This document shows, one piece after another, positions 1 through 9,048 of a stretch of DNA of 64,000 bases. The stretch comes from an uncultured archaeon (GTDB lineage Archaea > Thermoplasmatota > Thermoplasmata > Thermoplasmatales > Thermoplasmataceae). Position 1 is the first letter of the stretch. The number at the start of each line of letters is the position of its first letter. The position numbers and the translations under genes were made by a program. Location: assembly GCA_000965745.1 (NCBI GenBank), contig CP009479.1:1184001-1248000 (forward strand). Reading direction: 5' to 3'. Below the pieces are notes generated by a model. It did not search any database and was not told the origin of the DNA. It worked only from the letters and a program-made list of their open reading frames with translations.

Positions 1-4
1 TGCA

Positions 5-994
5 TCAATGTGGCACCTTAATTGAAAAGTGAAATCTCGTTCTCATCGGGCCACTCAGGCTTCCGATTGTTACGACTGCAAAGGTGATAATTAAAAGTAT
101 GTAAAGAAATAGAGAAACCGGGCCGAAAAGTGATATATGATCAGATAAGTTTATTGTTGCAAGTGTAAATACTGCGGTTGGGAATACGTAGCTCCACCAC
201 CCTATATGAAACTTCAGGCCATTGTGAATATATTTACCTATCAAGAGAAGGTTGACAAAGGCAGCCCACATGCCAAACCCCCAAAGGCTTATCCCTGAGA
301 TTGTAGCAAGTGTTGTGAGATCGGAACCAAAGAATTGCCCAATGTGGGCGGCTATCTGATATATGTCTACAATCAGAATGCCAATTGGGGCAAGCATAAT
401 GTAATTTGTAGGGGCAAGTTCGACAGGTGGCAGATCATGACTCAACAGTCTGAAGAATAGCACTACAAGAATGAGCAGAAATAACATGGAACCGATGCCG
501 AAAAATAAAAGTGATACCAAAGTGCTAATCTCGCTTATTGGGTAGAGGAGAATCGCATCAGTCACCAAAATTGTAGCGACTGGCGTTATGAACCATCCAC
601 CATGAAGTTGTGAGAAACTCACGTTCATATTTGAGAAGAAATGGTATGGTAGATAGACTGATAAAGCCAGTATGAACACTCCCCCATAGACAAGCATCCC
701 AATATCTATACCAGGAGGGAAAATGTGCATGCACAACATGGAAATGATCACAGAAGAAATTGGGTGCAGGGCATAGAAATTCCCAGGAAGGGGATGCTGC
801 AACTCACTGCGGACAATTGCAGGGTATCTTATGACCTTGGCTATGAGTATTCCGGTAAAAATAAAGAATACAACAACCAGGAGCAAGGTCATTGGGAAAA
901 CAATAGTAGGGGCAAATTGCTTTGAGGCAAGTATCAAGCCTCCTGTTCCAAGTATGGAACCAAAGACGGACACGGAGAAATCCTTCAGGATCAT
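5..994 (-). CDS. TDT/SLAC1 family (TehA/Mae1-like) anion transporter
   Basis: About 10 hydrophobic helices; motifs GSILGTGG, ELQHP, GGWFITPVA, GWWSYVFP typical of the TDT family. Confidence 0.85.
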   Translation of the reverse strand: MILKDFSVSVFGSILGTGGLILASKQFAPTIVFPMTLLLVVVFFIFTGILIAKVIRYPAIVRSELQHPLPGNFYALHPISSVIISMLCMHIFPPGIDIGMLVYGGVFILALSVYLPYHFFSNMNVSFSQLHGGWFITPVATILVTDAILLYPISEISTLVSLLFFGIGSMLFLLILVVLFFRLLSHDLPPVELAPTNYIMLAPIGILIVDIYQIAAHIGQFFGSDLTTLATISGISLWGFGMWAAFVNLLLIGKYIHNGLKFHIGWWSYVFPTAVFTLATINLSDHISLFGPVSLFLYILLIITFAVVTIGSLSGPMRTRFHFSIKVPH

Positions 995-2046
995 GGGGTA
1001 TGCCTCAAGACTGGAGAAAATGTGAATAATTTCTTTATTCCCTTCTCTAAGTGTATGTACACAATTGCCAGTACTGGCTGTATCATGGGAATCACTGCGG
1101 GGGCCAAAGCTGCCGCCGGGTTTAAAGCAAAAACAGCAATGACTGCTGCAACACTCTGGTTCTTCGTCACCGAGATGAATGCAATCGCCTGGTGATCTTC
1201 ATAGGAGAAGTGCATCAACCTGCTCACAAGGATTGATAATGCGAGTATGCCCAGTATGATTGCAGACTGGTATCCTATGAGGTATCCCACTATCTGAGGC
1301 ATGGATATGATAACGGATGCCTCCTTGTCCACCAGGACGAATATGAGAGCTAACATGGACATCATTGTTGTCAATGACAGGTATTTTCTTGAAGTCTTGT
1401 TGACTGTCACAGCCCCTCTCCACCTTATCAGGAGATATCGAGTGATCTGGCCTGCTATGAGAGGAAGTATGAGGATATAAACAACTGACATCATTATGGG
1501 CTCAACTGGAATGGAAGTAGATGCCTGGCTGCTATAAAGCCCAAGAATTAAAGGTATGGCTGGGATGGAAACTACCAGGCTCACAATTGCGAGAGCCGTT
1601 GCCAATTCAATGCTCCCACCTGCTATTAGAACGTAGCCAAGGGATGCACTTGATGCCGGCACGATATTGGAAACTACAAACCCAGTTCCAATTGAAGTGC
1701 CCATGGTTGGGCCAATGATGAATGCAATGAGAGGAGAGAGGGCGAATACATAAACAAGTGATACCACGATTGGTTTCCATGACCTCAGTTCTTTGGCGAA
1801 TCCCTCAGTCTTAAGCTGTATCATGGAAGGGTAGATTGTCATTATCGCAAAGAGAATGACGAGGTCTGAAAACAGCCCCTTGTTAATCACAGTGAATTGC
1901 CTTGTATAATACCCGACAGGTATGGCCACACTGACTGAGAGGAGTGTATAAACGATCAGATATTTCCTGATGTGCTCAGACAAAGTTCCAATTATCCCGT
2001 TTGGCCTTGATTTTGTTAGGGAACTCCTTTTCCCATCGCTTTCCAT
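991..2046 (-). CDS. ACR3/BASS family transporter (arsenic-resistance-like, Cys-less)
   Basis: About 10 TMs; IYPSM, ILPLIAGQITR and KNQSVA segments align with ACR3/BASS; ATGA overlap with TDT gene; downstream of ArsR. Confidence 0.75.
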   Translation of the reverse strand: MESDGKRSSLTKSRPNGIIGTLSEHIRKYLIVYTLLSVSVAIPVGYYTRQFTVINKGLFSDLVILFAIMTIYPSMIQLKTEGFAKELRSWKPIVVSLVYVFALSPLIAFIIGPTMGTSIGTGFVVSNIVPASSASLGYVLIAGGSIELATALAIVSLVVSIPAIPLILGLYSSQASTSIPVEPIMMSVVYILILPLIAGQITRYLLIRWRGAVTVNKTSRKYLSLTTMMSMLALIFVLVDKEASVIISMPQIVGYLIGYQSAIILGILALSILVSRLMHFSYEDHQAIAFISVTKNQSVAAVIAVFALNPAAALAPAVIPMIQPVLAIVYIHLEKGIKKLFTFSPVLRHTP

Positions 2047-2048
2047 CT

Positions 2049-2426
2049 CTATCGCCTGGTGTCGTCAACTCTTGTGCCAACAGGTTGCGAAGTTGAAACA
2101 GCATAGCCCTGGTTTTTAAGGATATCACTGATAAGCTGCTTGTATTTTGGATTGATAAAATAATAGCTATATTTCCACACCTCCTTGTGCTTGAGGAGAC
2201 CAATATCATACATCTTTCTCAAATGTGTGGTAATTGTGGGCTGTGGTAACCCTAGTGCAGGCTGAAGTTCACATGCACAGACTTCATTGTGTCTCTCCAT
2301 TATGGCCAGTATCGCAACTCTAGTCTTGTTTCCCAGAACATTGAGAACTCTGGATATCTCGTAGTATCTATCGACATCCTGAGCTTCGATTTCTTTAATT
2401 TCACATGATTCTTTGTCGTCAGACAT
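2049..2426 (-). CDS. arsR: ArsR/SmtB family transcriptional repressor
   Basis: LGNKTRVAIL...EVCACEL...QPTITTHLRKM...GLL winged-HTH with CxC metal(loid) site. Confidence 0.9.
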   Translation of the reverse strand: MSDDKESCEIKEIEAQDVDRYYEISRVLNVLGNKTRVAILAIMERHNEVCACELQPALGLPQPTITTHLRKMYDIGLLKHKEVWKYSYYFINPKYKQLISDILKNQGYAVSTSQPVGTRVDDTRR

Positions 2427-2498
2427 CTCACATCACTTTCTACAAGTCCAGTCAGTTAAAGGTAACTTATTGGCACTATATTTCCTACACACGCAAGA

Positions 2499-2527
2499 AT
2501 CACAATGTCATATTAATATATTGTGAT
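2499..2527. promoter_or_regulatory. Inverted repeat ATCACAAT-N13-ATTGTGAT around a TATA-like element; candidate operator/promoter of the arsR operon
   Basis: Perfect 8-bp arms flanking TATTAATAT, about 75-100 nt upstream of arsR. Confidence 0.4.
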
Positions 2528-2718
2528 ATGATAACCTTACAAAATTAAATTCAACCATATACGCAACGAAATGGCTATCTCACTGACTACAGACCGGATA
2601 CATTTACAGAGAATAAGCTGTGTTTTATAGCCAACTTTTTGAATCAATCCGATAACACCTTGCCATGTCATAGTAGTTGGATAAATCAATCAGAAATGCT
2701 TCCAGAAGAAAGTCGAAT

Positions 2719-2758
2719 TCTTAATCCATAGGTCGGGGGTTCGAACCCCTCGGACCCG
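2719..2758 (+). other. 3' half of a tRNA-Lys(CTT)-like gene (anticodon loop, T-arm, acceptor 3' strand); probable att-site duplication
   Basis: TCTTAATCCATAGGTCGGGGGTTCGAACCCCTCGGACCCG with no matching 5' half upstream. Confidence 0.65.
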
Positions 2759-3026
2759 CTATATCTCTGGTTACTTCTGTGAGCATTTTCAATAGTCAAT
2801 TTGTGGTGTGGAGTGGAAACTAATTCCTCTTTCAATTTGCTTTGGGGAGTAAATCAGGATTGAACCAGTTTGAAAGTAATTGTTTTAATAATTTTACATA
2901 AAACTAAATAAAGTGGCAGGCCCATTTGTATGGAGAGGTCGTATTAGTTTATCCAACATGGATAATATATAGCCTCAATAATAATATTGGCAATAAATTT
3001 AAAAGCTGTCATTTACTAAATTTGGT

Positions 3027-3788
3027 ATGAGGAGACAAAAATTAGTTGCCCTTGTTGTCTCAGTTGCATTGACATCTTCCCTTGGACTTTACATAGCTTA
3101 TGATTTAGGGCAGAATTCATCATCACATAAAGAAAACCTTCAGGCAATCTTCTATGAGCAAGGTTTGCCAAAAGGTGACTACTGGAGCGTAACAATTCAT
3201 CCCTACGATTCTCCTTCTAACATAACGACTCTGTCTACCAACTCTACCAAAATAGTCTTTGACAATCTCAGGGCCAGTACATACAACTATTCATTTTCAC
3301 AGATAAATGGAGACTTGATACTCAGTTATGGTGGAATAAATACAAGTTTTGGGGTTGTTGGCACACAAAGCGGATCTATATGGGTTGGCACGAAGCTAAT
3401 CCCCGCTTTCCCTGATGGGAAAATCACAGCTGTAAATACTGTTTACACATTAGGAGTGTACTATCCAAAAGTCATAGCAAATGATGTTGGAGTTTATCTC
3501 AACGATAACGGGACGCTCTACAATCTCACAAGATCTGAAAATTCCATAGTGTATCTTATCAATTCTTCGTTTACTTACATAGTTGATTCAAATTTTAACG
3601 GAATTCTTTTTGGAAATGAGTACCGGATCAACAGTATAGGAACGAACAATTCTGAATATGGGAACATCTTCAAAACAAACCCTGGTACACCCATTGTTAA
3701 CTCTATGTCGAACAACCTTACGTTTACAGTAAACCTGACTTCTCTTCCTCATGTGGGCTATTACTCGGTAGTTATGTACGGCTATTGA
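3027..3788 (+). CDS. Secreted/membrane-anchored N/S/T-rich surface protein with thermopsin-like module
   Basis: N-terminal TM/signal; FYEQGLPKGDYWSVTI motif; many N-x-S/T sequons. Confidence 0.75.
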   Translation: MRRQKLVALVVSVALTSSLGLYIAYDLGQNSSSHKENLQAIFYEQGLPKGDYWSVTIHPYDSPSNITTLSTNSTKIVFDNLRASTYNYSFSQINGDLILSYGGINTSFGVVGTQSGSIWVGTKLIPAFPDGKITAVNTVYTLGVYYPKVIANDVGVYLNDNGTLYNLTRSENSIVYLINSSFTYIVDSNFNGILFGNEYRINSIGTNNSEYGNIFKTNPGTPIVNSMSNNLTFTVNLTSLPHVGYYSVVMYGY

Positions 3789-4098
3789 GGATGCGTCAGG
3801 AATTTGCATACGAGATGGTTGCTTATTAATAGTACAGAGCTGCCAGTAAAAGGGTAGAAAGAACGAACAAAATGACTGTCGTATCCATGAAAATAACGGT
3901 TTAAATAACAATTGTGAATTATTAGTCACGGTAAAAATGCAGCGTAAATCCAGAAGGATTGAGCAGTACTGGTAAAAGCGTGTTCTTTCTCAAAATTAAT
4001 TTAAGTATCTTGTTAGCTATCACCGTACGAGCACATTCAAAGATTCGCTGAAGAAGCCGTCTGAATCTTTACATCTGGATGTGAGAAGAGGCATAAAC

Positions 4099-4242
4099 AT
4101 GAATTTCAGGTTCTCGTTAATGGGTATAATTTTCTGGGGCTTAAGCGCATTTCTCTTTGTTTACCGTGGCTACCATCCGAACTTCTTTATCCCGCTTGTA
4201 GTTGGAACCGTCATATTCCTTTATGGAGTGTTTGGCAGATAA
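4099..4242 (+). CDS. Small two-TM membrane protein (47 aa), below ORF-track cutoff
   Basis: MNFRFSLMGIIFWGLSAFLFVYRGYHPNFFIPLVVGTVIFLYGVFGR*: two hydrophobic helices with a short loop. Confidence 0.5.
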   Translation: MNFRFSLMGIIFWGLSAFLFVYRGYHPNFFIPLVVGTVIFLYGVFGR

Positions 4243-4363
4243 CCCCACAGGTTCCAAACTGACATTTTTATGTAATCTTGGAATGGAGTTTTCCAGTTTC
4301 AATGCACGCATAAAGATTCTGCGGTTTGGAAATAATTATATCAGGACACAGGGTTCAGACAGT

Positions 4364-4975
4364 ATGTTCGAACCGGTAGCCAAGAATATTTTCAGATGGG
4401 GGACCATTGATGGTGAAACAGGAGTAATGATGTATTCACACTTACTCCTCAAAGATGGAAAGGCAGTTCTAATCGATCCGCTTGCAATGCCGGGCCTTAA
4501 TCGAATGATACAGATTTTGGGTAAACCAGAGGCCGTAGTCATGACCGTATATCCACATTTACGTGGATGCTCCTTAATTTCCAGGCAGCTAAACATCCCT
4601 CTGTTTATCCCTGATATTAAAGTGGTCGAGGAAGATGAGACAGTCACAAGAATGTTCATTGATTTATATGACATGAAACACGGGCAGCAGTACAATGAAT
4701 CAACAGAACTCCCGCTTGGAATACGGGCCCACAATATCGCTGGCCGTCATGAAATGGCTCTGAAGTTTGATGATTACTTGATAGTTGGTGATTCCGCTTA
4801 TGGAATTAATGGTCAACTCAATTTCTATCCAAGCGGAATTTGGCCAGATGATTCGAGCAGCAAGGCACGTGCCACTTCAGACGCTTTGATACCGTTGATA
4901 AGAAAAACTGGAGCTAAAGGACTCCTGTCGGGGCATATGGAAGACATTCCTTCAGGACTTCAGGAAATGGTATAA
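4364..4975 (+). CDS. Metallo-beta-lactamase-fold protein (degenerate metal motif)
   Basis: AVLIDP, MTVYPHLRG, LIVGD, LLSGH motifs; ATG 4364 preferred over TTG 4202. Confidence 0.7.
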   Translation: MFEPVAKNIFRWGTIDGETGVMMYSHLLLKDGKAVLIDPLAMPGLNRMIQILGKPEAVVMTVYPHLRGCSLISRQLNIPLFIPDIKVVEEDETVTRMFIDLYDMKHGQQYNESTELPLGIRAHNIAGRHEMALKFDDYLIVGDSAYGINGQLNFYPSGIWPDDSSSKARATSDALIPLIRKTGAKGLLSGHMEDIPSGLQEMV

Positions 4976-5174
4976 ATCCAATCCCCCATTTGCCCGTTCT
5001 GACAGAAATTTCAGCCGTGCACAGTCTGTCAAGTTCCGTCACCCCTGCAATTCGGTTTACACTCCTGCACTGTATTATAAGGGCTGAAATTTGAGAATGG
5101 ACGCCTGAAAAATAATTTCGTTTTATCAAGCTCATGGCGCCACAAGTTAAGTATGGAATCTTTATGATACTTCA

Positions 5175-5651
5175 TTGATAAACGGCCCGCTCCTGAAGAT
5201 GATTTTCCTGTTTCCCACGTTTTTATATGTGGTCAGCGCAGCAGTACGAATCATCATCCGGAGGGAAAGCAGATATCTTGGCCTTAAGGGGCGTGAAAGC
5301 CGTATTTACGAGAGAAATTTTATATTCACCCTTCTTGCAGATTGCCTGATTCTGAATCTGGTCAACGGCCTGATAATCATTTTTGGTGTAATTCAAATCA
5401 TCTTTGGAATTGCAATAATCTTGGTTGGCACCTTGATCTCACTGTTCGGTATGTCTTCCTTGTTCACAGAAACAGAGGAAGTTAGAGAATTGTTCCTTGT
5501 TATTGCCAACATCGTGATTTTTGGCGAAATTATCGACTTTGTACTTCATTCGCCCATTGCTTCTGGAGGCGTTATGGTTGCTCTTGTTGTACTGCTCCTC
5601 TATTACGCATTCCGTGTGTCAGGAGCATTCGAATCACCAACTGCCCAGTGA
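5175..5651 (+). CDS. Hypothetical integral membrane protein
   Basis: About 5 hydrophobic segments; start may be ATG 5199. Confidence 0.6.
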   Translation: MINGPLLKMIFLFPTFLYVVSAAVRIIIRRESRYLGLKGRESRIYERNFIFTLLADCLILNLVNGLIIIFGVIQIIFGIAIILVGTLISLFGMSSLFTETEEVRELFLVIANIVIFGEIIDFVLHSPIASGGVMVALVVLLLYYAFRVSGAFESPTAQ

Positions 5652-5840
5652 GGGGATTCAATGAAAACCGCGGGATGTATACTTCCAATCAAGTATTGAA
5701 AATATTCAAAACATCAGTTGATAAACCACCTGTCTCTTTTTGTCCCAACAGCTTGAGCCACTTCCAATCAACCGCTGATCAGGCTGGCCTGAACTCTCCA
5801 CTTTCATTCCTCGCGAGACTTCTAGTGATTTTGTTCATTA

Positions 5841-6623
5841 TCAGTAAGTTGACAACAGGTAAAGGGCTGCGGACAGCACTCCAAAAGCTATTATTATGTA
5901 TCCCTGAAAGAACCTGAGACTGACCTGGGGCGCCTTTCTTATTACCCATGACCCTATGATTCCGCCCAGAAATGCCCCGATTACCAGAGGCGGAGCATAC
6001 GCAATGTTTATGAAGCCCGTGTAATAGAAATGGAGTGCCATTCCGGCAACTGTAACAGGAAGTGTAGCAGCAATAATTGTTGCTATGGCTCTCTTCGGCT
6101 GGGACCTTTTTATCGCCGTCAGGTAGGTCCCTATTATGCCGCCTATGCCTATTCCGATAAAACCTGATACAATTCCGGCAATGAGCGATACAATTCCTGT
6201 GTCTGGAGAATGGGCTGGCCGGGAACTGTATTCTTCAACTCCACCCCTTGTCTGCATGCGGGATGCGTATACAGAAAACAGTCCAAGAGTGATGAGGATT
6301 GTGGAAAACACTCCCTTGAAAATCCCGGATGGTACGTAGCTGGCCAGAAAGGAACCGAATAATGCCCCGAATACGGCAACTGTTGCCATTATCAGGAAAA
6401 GCCTTATGTCCACGAGCTTCTGCCTCATGTTCTGAACGAATCCGGTCAAGGAACTGAATACAAGGGTCAGAAGGCTAAGGCCTGCTGCATCAAGAGGGTT
6501 GAAGCCAAACACGTAGATAAGGAAAAGTATGATCATGACGCCTCCACCTATTCCGGAAATATTCCCTATCAGGCCTACCAGAAAGGCGAGTGCGAAAATT
6601 ACTATTAACAGCAGAAGAAGCAC
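5841..6623 (-). CDS. TauE/SafE (TSUP) family sulfite exporter
   Basis: Two repeats of the GxxSGxxGIGGG motif, about 8 TMs. Confidence 0.85.
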   Translation of the reverse strand: MLLLLLIVIFALAFLVGLIGNISGIGGGVMIILFLIYVFGFNPLDAAGLSLLTLVFSSLTGFVQNMRQKLVDIRLFLIMATVAVFGALFGSFLASYVPSGIFKGVFSTILITLGLFSVYASRMQTRGGVEEYSSRPAHSPDTGIVSLIAGIVSGFIGIGIGGIIGTYLTAIKRSQPKRAIATIIAATLPVTVAGMALHFYYTGFINIAYAPPLVIGAFLGGIIGSWVIRKAPQVSLRFFQGYIIIAFGVLSAALYLLSTY

Positions 6624-6759
6624 AATACCCTGAATGTGAGCCTGTATTTAAAGAAAAACAGCAGTTTTACACTTCTTCTTAGAGTTTGTCATTTATGGGT
6701 GTTTCCTCATTTAATTCGGTGCAGGTAACGTTTATATCGAATACTATCTAAACGACAGC

Positions 6760-7482
6760 ATGGCAACATTCGTTCTCGTCCCCGGAGCATGGCTGGGAGC
6801 ATGGGTCTGGAAAAAAATCACACCTGTTCTGCGCAAAAAGGGGCACGATGTGTACACTCTAGCTCTGACAGGGATGGGTGAAAGAGTACACCTCGCAAAC
6901 AGGGACAGCGGTATTGAAGTGGCAGTCCTGGATGTAATCAACCTGATAGAATTTGAGGACCTGAGAGAGGTGGTGCTTGTAGGCCACAGCTTCGCAGGAA
7001 AGGTAGTGAGCATGGTTAAGGACAGAATTCCTGACCGGGTAAATATGGTGGTATTCCTTGACGCCGTGGTTCCTGATAAAAAAGAGGGGCCGCAGAAAGG
7101 CAGGGATGACTGGATGCCGGAACACATAAAGCTTGTGGAGGATGATGCAACTAGGAATGGTGACGGATGGCGTTTGCCTCTCACAGACGGCCTTCTTGTT
7201 GATCTGGTCGATATAAAGGGGGCAGACTGGGAATGGTTCGGGTCCAAGCTCACTCCGTGGCCTCTGAGATTACTGTGGGACCCAATTTCTGTTGGGAAGA
7301 ACTACTTTGAATCCAAGAAGGCATACATCCTCTGTACAGAAGGAGGCGACAATGTCCAGGAGATCATAGACAAAGGACTTGATGGTGAGTATCGGATCAT
7401 AGATTCAGGGCACTGGCCCATGGTTTCCAAACCAAATGAACTTGCAGAAGCACTGATGGATTTGGCCGGGGCCAGTTGGTGA
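6760..7482 (+). CDS. Alpha/beta hydrolase (Abhydrolase_6, salicylate-esterase-like)
   Basis: FVLVPGAWLGAW, GHSFAG nucleophile elbow, DSGHWPM catalytic His. Confidence 0.9.
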   Translation: MATFVLVPGAWLGAWVWKKITPVLRKKGHDVYTLALTGMGERVHLANRDSGIEVAVLDVINLIEFEDLREVVLVGHSFAGKVVSMVKDRIPDRVNMVVFLDAVVPDKKEGPQKGRDDWMPEHIKLVEDDATRNGDGWRLPLTDGLLVDLVDIKGADWEWFGSKLTPWPLRLLWDPISVGKNYFESKKAYILCTEGGDNVQEIIDKGLDGEYRIIDSGHWPMVSKPNELAEALMDLAGASW

Positions 7483-7617
7483 TCCCTGGCTACACACTCA
7501 AAATATGGAAAAACTTCCCATATTCGTTCGGTCAGTTGTCTAAAGTGCGGTGAATCGTCAGGGTTTTTGGTCGACAATAACAGAATAGATTTAATAAAAT
7601 ATAACAATGACATTACA

Positions 7618-7899
7618 ATGGCAACTCCAGGCTTTAATTTTCAGGGTGAAGGGGAAATAGTTGAATTTCAGACCGAAGAAGAACCAAAATGGATAACTGT
7701 TCGCCTTGGCGACGGATCCGTAATACAAATCAAGATGGAAATAGTTTCAGTTATGAGGAATGGCAATGATCCAAACACCGGGATTCCAAATTACATGGTT
7801 CAGGCTACCAATATTATAAGAATGGTGAAAATACCAAAAGAACTCATAAAGAGAGGAAAGAAAGAGGACGACAACAGGGGACAGACAATGTACCGGTAG
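7618..7899 (+). CDS. Small beta-rich hypothetical protein
   Basis: ATG about 25 nt after TTTAATAA TATA box; protein-like composition. Confidence 0.7.
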   Translation: MATPGFNFQGEGEIVEFQTEEEPKWITVRLGDGSVIQIKMEIVSVMRNGNDPNTGIPNYMVQATNIIRMVKIPKELIKRGKKEDDNRGQTMYR

Positions 7900-8152
7900 T
7901 TTACCGACACATTTCAGATTAGGCCCCAAGCATTTTTCAGTTCACAAATAGTATCAACGGTACATTATTCGAACCTCATTATACAAAACGGCTCTAATAT
8001 ATTTCCACCAATTAAATACTGACGTTCAGTTGATGGAGAAATATCAGTTTCATTCAAAATTCCTGATGTTCTGCCTTCAAAACGGTTTTTAGATTGGAAT
8101 TCTGACAGAACAAATTCGGAAACTATTTTTAAGCAAATGCCATTACAATAAC

Positions 8153-8545
8153 GTGGACGAGAGGGACAGGGCAATTCTTGCCCGACTCCGGGAAAACTCA
8201 AGGTTATCTAACTCAGAGATAGCCAGGGAGCTTAATGTATCAGAGGGAACCATACGTAAGCGGATTTCCAGGCTTGTTTCTTCCGGGGTTATAAAGCAGT
8301 TCACGGTTGTAACAAGCAGCAGCGGGATAGACGCAATTGTCCTCATCAGAATGGACGTCAAAAGGGCCCAGGACATCATCAAACTTCTAAAATCCAGATT
8401 CAGTGAGATCTATGAATTTTCAGGAAGAGTTGATCTCGCAGTGAAACTCACTTGCGGCAGTGTTGAGGAGTTGAACAGGATTGTAGATGAAATAAGGGTA
8501 ATTGACGGAGTGAAGGGAACAGATACACTGATAAGGCTGGGATAG
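8153..8545 (+). CDS. Lrp/AsnC family transcriptional regulator
   Basis: DERDRAIL..L..NSR.S..EIA..L.VSEGTIRKRI..L...GVI HTH plus RAM domain. Confidence 0.92.
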   Translation: MDERDRAILARLRENSRLSNSEIARELNVSEGTIRKRISRLVSSGVIKQFTVVTSSSGIDAIVLIRMDVKRAQDIIKLLKSRFSEIYEFSGRVDLAVKLTCGSVEELNRIVDEIRVIDGVKGTDTLIRLG

Positions 8546-8547
8546 GC

Positions 8548-8566
8548 TGACACGTGACACGTGACG
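8548..8566 (+). repeat. Short tandem repeat (TGACACG)x2 plus a partial copy
   Basis: TGACACG TGACACG TGACG just upstream of the alba TATA box. Confidence 0.5.
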
Positions 8567-8639
8567 TACGTTATTATATATTCAACATGACGATATGATT
8601 AAATATCAAACCAGAATCAGACAAATGGAGAGGACTACA

Positions 8640-8909
8640 ATGGCTGAAGAAAACGTAATCTTTGTGGGAAAGAAACCAACAATGAACTATGTTCTCGCAG
8701 TTGTTACTCAATTCAACAACAACATAGACAAAATAGTCATAAAAGCGAGAGGCAAGACAATCAGCAAGGCAGTGGACATTGCGGAAATTACAAAACACAA
8801 GTTCATTCCTGAAGCTAAATACGCTAACATAAACATTGAGACAGAAGTCCTCCGCGGTGAAAGGGGAGACTCCAACGTTTCATCAATAGAAATTACCTTG
8901 ACAAGGTAA
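8640..8909 (+). CDS. albA: DNA/RNA-binding protein Alba
   Basis: IFVGKKPTMNYVLAV, IKARGKTISKAVDIAE, VSSIEI; SD GGAGAGG before ATG 8640. Confidence 0.97.
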   Translation: MAEENVIFVGKKPTMNYVLAVVTQFNNNIDKIVIKARGKTISKAVDIAEITKHKFIPEAKYANINIETEVLRGERGDSNVSSIEITLTR

Positions 8910-8924
8910 GCCTCTCTTTTTTTG
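8910..8924 (+). terminator. Pyrimidine/T-rich archaeal terminator after alba
   Basis: CCTCTCTTTTTTT immediately after the stop codon. Confidence 0.45.
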
Positions 8925-9048
8925 ATGAGCAATAACAGATCCTCTATTTTCAAGGGTTTTTGTCATTTCTGATAAACACAAGTACATAATATGGACTAAA
9001 AAAGAGTTATATGACTATTCGTAATCATCAGTCTGCATCCTGATAATC

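Noticed and set aside
4202-4363. N-terminal extension of the MBL ORF from TTG 4202
   Set aside because: The fold starts at ATG 4364, and the extension overlaps a better small ORF and an AT-rich promoter region
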